The notes under the pieces: generated by a model
The model's input: only the letters and a program-made list of their open reading frames with translations
Database searches by the model: none
Told to the model about the DNA's origin: nothing
Shown here: one piece after another, positions 33,730 through 37,258 of the stretch
Layout of the letters: the number at the start of each line of letters is the position of its first letter
Position numbering within the stretch: position 1 is the first letter of the stretch
Translations under genes and position numbers: made by a program
Source: a virus
Taxonomy: Duplodnaviria; Caudoviricetes
Length of the DNA stretch: 37,258 bases
Reading direction: 5' to 3' (one strand)
IMG/VR virus record: IMGVR_UViG_3300024518_001892
Location: 1-37,258 of that record

Positions 33730-33979
33730 TTGCGCCCTCCATTGTGTCAATCACCCGCACATCACAGCCCAGCGCCCTGCGTTTGGTGTGGTCGCGCCCT
33801 TGTTGTTCGGTCGGCTTTTTACCCGGCGACTTCAGTTCCACAAAGATGATGCGGCCACCCGGCATTGTGATCAGTCGATCAGGCACAGATCGCCGTCCCG
33901 GCGACGTGAACTTTTCGCACGTGCCACCCAGCGCTGTGACGCGGCGCACCAAGGCGCTTTCGATGTCGCGCTCAAGCAT
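33713..33979 (-). CDS. VRR-NUC domain nuclease
   Basis: ERDIE...KFTSPG...VPDRL...FVELKSPG..PT..Q motif. Confidence 0.92.
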   Translation of the reverse strand: MLERDIESALVRRVTALGGTCEKFTSPGRRSVPDRLITMPGGRIIFVELKSPGKKPTEQQGRDHTKRRALGCDVRVIDTMEGANAFKP

Positions 33980-35744
33980 AACCAATCCCCTTCAAAACTT
34001 TCATCGCCATGCCGACATAGCGCTCTTTTTCAACATCATCAGGAAACGCGATCGGCAGGTCCATTATGGGCTGCGCGCCGTCTGATCGCGGCACTTTGTT
34101 GCTGGTTTTGGCATAGCGAATGCACTCATTTTGATCGACGGCGTTGGAATAGTAGAACCGCACAGCCTTGCCCAAGGATTCCCCCTGCCACGTCGCCCCG
34201 CCGGTCACCTTGCGCACACTCACAAATTTGGTGATGTCGGCGCAGTCGTTGATCACGTCGCGGAAATCAGCCTGCCCCGACACATGCGCGGCCACGGCTT
34301 CTGCAACAATCGGGAAATCAGGGTTCTTGCTCAACCCGGCGGGCGCAAAGACGCCCTTGGCCTTAGTGCTGCCGTCAGGCTTTACGGCGATGTAATTATT
34401 CACGTCGCGGCTATACAACGCGCGATAGTCGGTACGCTCAAGTTCATATGACGTGTCGATCTGCCAATCAAAGGCAACTTGTTCAATCGCATCGCCCATG
34501 GATTTAGGCGCAAAGATCACCACGCCGTCAGTGTTGGCGCTGACCACGGCCGCACCGATACCGTCAAGGCGTTCAATCAACATCAACAGGCAAAGCTGCC
34601 CGGTGATCGTGGTTTGTATCATCAGGTCAGGCGCATACAAATTCGACCACTTGCTCCCCAGCTTTCCAAACGAGCCGTTGACCACGATTTTGAGCGTGTC
34701 GGCTGTCACTTTGTCACCGGATCGCTTGGCCTCAAGTCGCCGCGTCACGATGCTTTGGTAAACAGGCAAAAAATGACCAGCCATGTTCGCGGGTTCAAGA
34801 CCCTGCTGCAAAATGATGCTTGGATAATACGACGCCACGTCCAATTCAAACAGGGCGTGGCCCGTGCCAGCCTTAACGCCCTGCCCGTTTTCAGTCGAGT
34901 GCAGCCCGCCGATCCCCATTTGATATGCGGCCGCGCCAATCTTGATCTTGGTTTGAGACAGCCAATCAGGCATCTGCACAGAACCGCTGCCCGACAACGT
35001 AAAATGGTGCGCGCAGATGCGTTTGAAAATAGCGGTGATTTCAGGATTGTCGAAACTGACAATTTTCGGATCGCGATAGCGCACTTTTGCCCCGTCCCCC
35101 ATTTTGGGTGGCCGCAGGGTTTTCCCAGAAAGCGCCTCAATTTCAGATTTCAAAACAGTCTCGGCGATTTGCGCGTCTGATTTGCTGCGCAGATCAACGC
35201 CATATTGCGCGCCCATGTCCACGCGCAGGGCCAACTGCGGCGCGATCTTGTCGGCCAGTGCCTTCGTGACACGCAAGTCATTGACGCAGTATTCTGCAAC
35301 ATCGTCCATCTGATCATCAGTCAACGTGGCGTTGTGCGGGTAAGGCAAATCTTGCAACTTGCGTTCCCCGATCCGCGCGCCGTAGATTTTAAGGCTGGCC
35401 TGACCGGGTATCACTTCAATGATGTCGATGGTGTCCCAGCCCTTCGGTGTCTGGATGCCTTTGTCCTGCGCAATACGCCAGCTTGGGAGGTTGGACATGA
35501 TGATCAGGTCGGAAAGGGCTTTCAGTTCTGCGCAGCTTCGGTTTTCCAAAGCAGCGGCGATCATGATGTTGTCATAAGAATGGTTGTTGAAACCAAGCAG
35601 CGTGTCGCTGCGCATAAGGCGCGCCAGCTTGGCGACATCCAGCTTGTCATCGTTGCGCATTTCTACAGTGGCAACCTTGCCGTCCGCGTTCATAAACGCG
35701 ACATGGAAAAAGCCCTTGAAAACCTCACAATCATAAATCAGCAT
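33972..35744 (-). CDS. Family B-type DNA polymerase with 3'-5' exonuclease
   Basis: Exo I YDCE, Exo II GFNNHSYD, Exo III YCVND; motif A DVASYYPSII, motif B KIVVNGSFGK, motif C SANTDG. Confidence 0.9.
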   Translation of the reverse strand: MLIYDCEVFKGFFHVAFMNADGKVATVEMRNDDKLDVAKLARLMRSDTLLGFNNHSYDNIMIAAALENRSCAELKALSDLIIMSNLPSWRIAQDKGIQTPKGWDTIDIIEVIPGQASLKIYGARIGERKLQDLPYPHNATLTDDQMDDVAEYCVNDLRVTKALADKIAPQLALRVDMGAQYGVDLRSKSDAQIAETVLKSEIEALSGKTLRPPKMGDGAKVRYRDPKIVSFDNPEITAIFKRICAHHFTLSGSGSVQMPDWLSQTKIKIGAAAYQMGIGGLHSTENGQGVKAGTGHALFELDVASYYPSIILQQGLEPANMAGHFLPVYQSIVTRRLEAKRSGDKVTADTLKIVVNGSFGKLGSKWSNLYAPDLMIQTTITGQLCLLMLIERLDGIGAAVVSANTDGVVIFAPKSMGDAIEQVAFDWQIDTSYELERTDYRALYSRDVNNYIAVKPDGSTKAKGVFAPAGLSKNPDFPIVAEAVAAHVSGQADFRDVINDCADITKFVSVRKVTGGATWQGESLGKAVRFYYSNAVDQNECIRYAKTSNKVPRSDGAQPIMDLPIAFPDDVEKERYVGMAMKVLKGIGYA

Positions 35745-36259
35745 TACACAATCCCTTCACGTTGATTTCGAAGCGCGACGGCATCGTTTAAAGTTTTGCG
35801 ATACCCAACATATTTGCCTTTTAACGCCACAGTAAAACCGTATTTCGTTTTGGCTATCCCGCGCCCGTAGGTGTTTGGCCTCTCCCTGCGATTATTCGCT
35901 TGATCAATATAGGTCGCCCAACGGCAATTATCTGGTGAATATGGGCCGTTGTTGTCGATCCTTTCAAGCGTCAAACCATCGGGCTTTTCCCCCATGTCCT
36001 TGAAAAAATTTTTGTACGTGGACCATCTGGCACAGGTAGTTATCCCCCGGCCACCATAATCTTCGAATTGTTTGTTGTTTGGGTTTGAGCAGCGTTGCCG
36101 CATGGTTGCCCAAACCATATAGGTTTTGGTGGGGGGCTTGGCTTTTGATATTGATTTCCTTGACCGCCGGTAATGCTTGTTGCACATACTTTTGCAGGAG
36201 GCTTTTTCATCACATCCGTCAATCAAGCAAAATTCGGTCTGTGTTTTTCTTCGTGACAT
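35744..36259 (-). CDS. Free-standing HNH homing endonuclease
   Basis: N-terminal C..DGC...C..HY; W..MRQRC.NPN...YGGRGI...W..F..DMG...TLERIDNNGPYSPDNCRWAT; ATG at 36259; TAATG coupling to the polymerase. Confidence 0.88.
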   Translation of the reverse strand: MSRRKTQTEFCLIDGCDEKASCKSMCNKHYRRSRKSISKAKPPTKTYMVWATMRQRCSNPNNKQFEDYGGRGITTCARWSTYKNFFKDMGEKPDGLTLERIDNNGPYSPDNCRWATYIDQANNRRERPNTYGRGIAKTKYGFTVALKGKYVGYRKTLNDAVALRNQREGIV

Positions 36260-36305
36260 GGGGAGAAGTCCTATCTGCGGGAGTTGCCCGCACAAATCAT
36301 AGGTG

Positions 36306-36334
36306 AAAAAGGGCGGCGCTTTTACACACCGCCC
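36306..36334 (-). terminator. Intrinsic terminator after the SSB gene
   Basis: Minus strand GGGCGGTGT...GCGCCGCCC followed by TTTTT. Confidence 0.72.
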
Positions 36335-36341
36335 AGATTGT

Positions 36342-36863
36342 TTAAAGGAAATCTTCGGCTGAAACGTCGTCCAGTTCGTCGAAGTCATCCACACTGGCAG
36401 CCACGCCGTCACCAAACGGCTGACCGTCTTTCACGAATTGGACACCAAGCAAGTTTGCGTTGATGCGCTTGCCGTATTGATTGTCTTGAAACCACAGTTC
36501 AATGACGGCGTTGACGTAACAACCCGAATAGATTTTACCGTCTTCTTCGGTCAGCGGGGCGCGGTCGGTGCCGATAACCATCGGGCGTTTGGCCGAGGAC
36601 GCTTTGATCGACATTTGACCGGCGTACCCGTCATAGTCGATGGTGTCGCCATCTTTGAAGCACACCTTGTCCGCTGCCAAGGGCTTACCCTTGTTACGTT
36701 CTTTCAGCAGCGCTTCAATGGCCGCGTTGATTTCATCAACCTTCGGGTCTGATTTTGGGATCAGGAAAGTGCCTTCAAATTTCGTTTCTTCACCGCCAAA
36801 TGTGGCTTTGCGAAAAAGTGATTCGAAAGAAAGGCGAGCGTTTAGAACTTTGATTTTTGTCAT
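36342..36863 (-). CDS. DUF2815-family ssDNA-binding protein
   Basis: ARLSF..LF, KDGD, IYSGCYVNA, LLGVQFVKDG.PFG, acidic aromatic C-terminus. Confidence 0.9.
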   Translation of the reverse strand: MTKIKVLNARLSFESLFRKATFGGEETKFEGTFLIPKSDPKVDEINAAIEALLKERNKGKPLAADKVCFKDGDTIDYDGYAGQMSIKASSAKRPMVIGTDRAPLTEEDGKIYSGCYVNAVIELWFQDNQYGKRINANLLGVQFVKDGQPFGDGVAASVDDFDELDDVSAEDFL

Positions 36864-36911
36864 CAGATTACCCTTTTTGACATTTCATTGCGCGGGATGC
36901 GCAAAGTGATA

Positions 36912-37258
36912 CTACGGTATCTTTTGATCATTAACAACATCAAAATCATTGATGCTCACATTTATTGCGGGGCGCGTGTCGCTTTCGGGAGCAAGTGATG
37001 CGGCCCCATGATTGACGGCAATCATGTCCGCAATATCACTTTTGCGTTTTGCGCCCAGCGCTTTCTCGGCCTGCGCCGGACTGATCAGTTTTGTGACAAT
37101 TGCGCGGTCGGCCCCGATCATCTTGCAAAGTTCTTTTGCTGCATCATCTTCGTCTTTCCAGCTTCGGGATGATCGACCTGCCACCAGCTTATAGCCGGGA
37201 AAACCTTCGCCGCTTTCAAGCCGACCTTTGACGTGACCGGCAACGGCGTTCAACCAAC
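36912..37258 (-). CDS. DUF2800-family nuclease, 3' part (joins 1..918)
   Basis: GYKLVAGRSSRSW...KLISPAQAEK...LAPESD.RP, a typical DUF2800 C-terminus. Confidence 0.85.
   Translation of the reverse strand, partial: WLNAVAGHVKGRLESGEGFPGYKLVAGRSSRSWKDEDDAAKELCKMIGADRAIVTKLISPAQAEKALGAKRKSDIADMIAVNHGAASLAPESDTRPAINVSINDFDVVNDQKIP
37113..37258. repeat. Terminal overlap, right copy
   Basis: Matches 1-146 with one mismatch. Confidence 0.95.

Noticed and set aside
35744-36340. Group I intron or intein carrying the HNH gene in the polymerase
   Set aside because: SSB and polymerase ORFs are each complete (Exo I motif at the polymerase N-terminus); the HNH gene is free-standing
1-37258. tRNA/rRNA genes, stop-codon recoding, DNA-modification or auxiliary metabolic genes
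   Set aside because: No cloverleaf or rRNA-like sequence noticed by eye (tRNAscan not run); core genes are intact under the standard code with all three stops; no methyltransferase or metabolic motifs recognised

Overview
The window is an apparently complete ~37.1 kb tailed-phage (siphovirus-type) genome assembled as a circle: bases 1-146 recur at 37113-37258 with one mismatch. The + strand carries an HTH gene, a primase-helicase with a downstream iteron-like origin, an HNH-AP2 endonuclease, and then packaging, head, tail and lysis genes (terS, terL, portal, MuF, scaffold, P22-coat-like capsid, head-tail joining proteins, tail tube, frameshifted tail chaperones, tape measure, beta-propeller fibre, holin, GH108 endolysin, spanins). 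The - strand carries a replication module (DUF2800 nuclease split by the contig ends, DUF2815 SSB, HNH, family B DNA polymerase, VRR-NUC, SNF2 helicase) and many small accessory genes. I see no integrase, cI-like repressor, tRNA, CRISPR array or reverse transcriptase, so a lytic lifestyle is inferred. An alphaproteobacterial (Rhodobacterales-like) host is only a guess from composition and gene content. The best candidates for new biology are: (1) a MuF head protein extended by a Pro-rich linker and an HExxH metalloprotease-like domain with an overlapping small acidic immunity-like gene; (2) an unannotated + strand sRNA with an anti-Shine-Dalgarno-like tract; (3) paired C-RRGAN-G pentaloop hairpins at head and packaging genes; (4) a 26-bp direct/inverted repeat family in the accessory region; (5) two promoters sharing a non-canonical -10 element (GACAAG). 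All family assignments come from motif recognition, not database searches.
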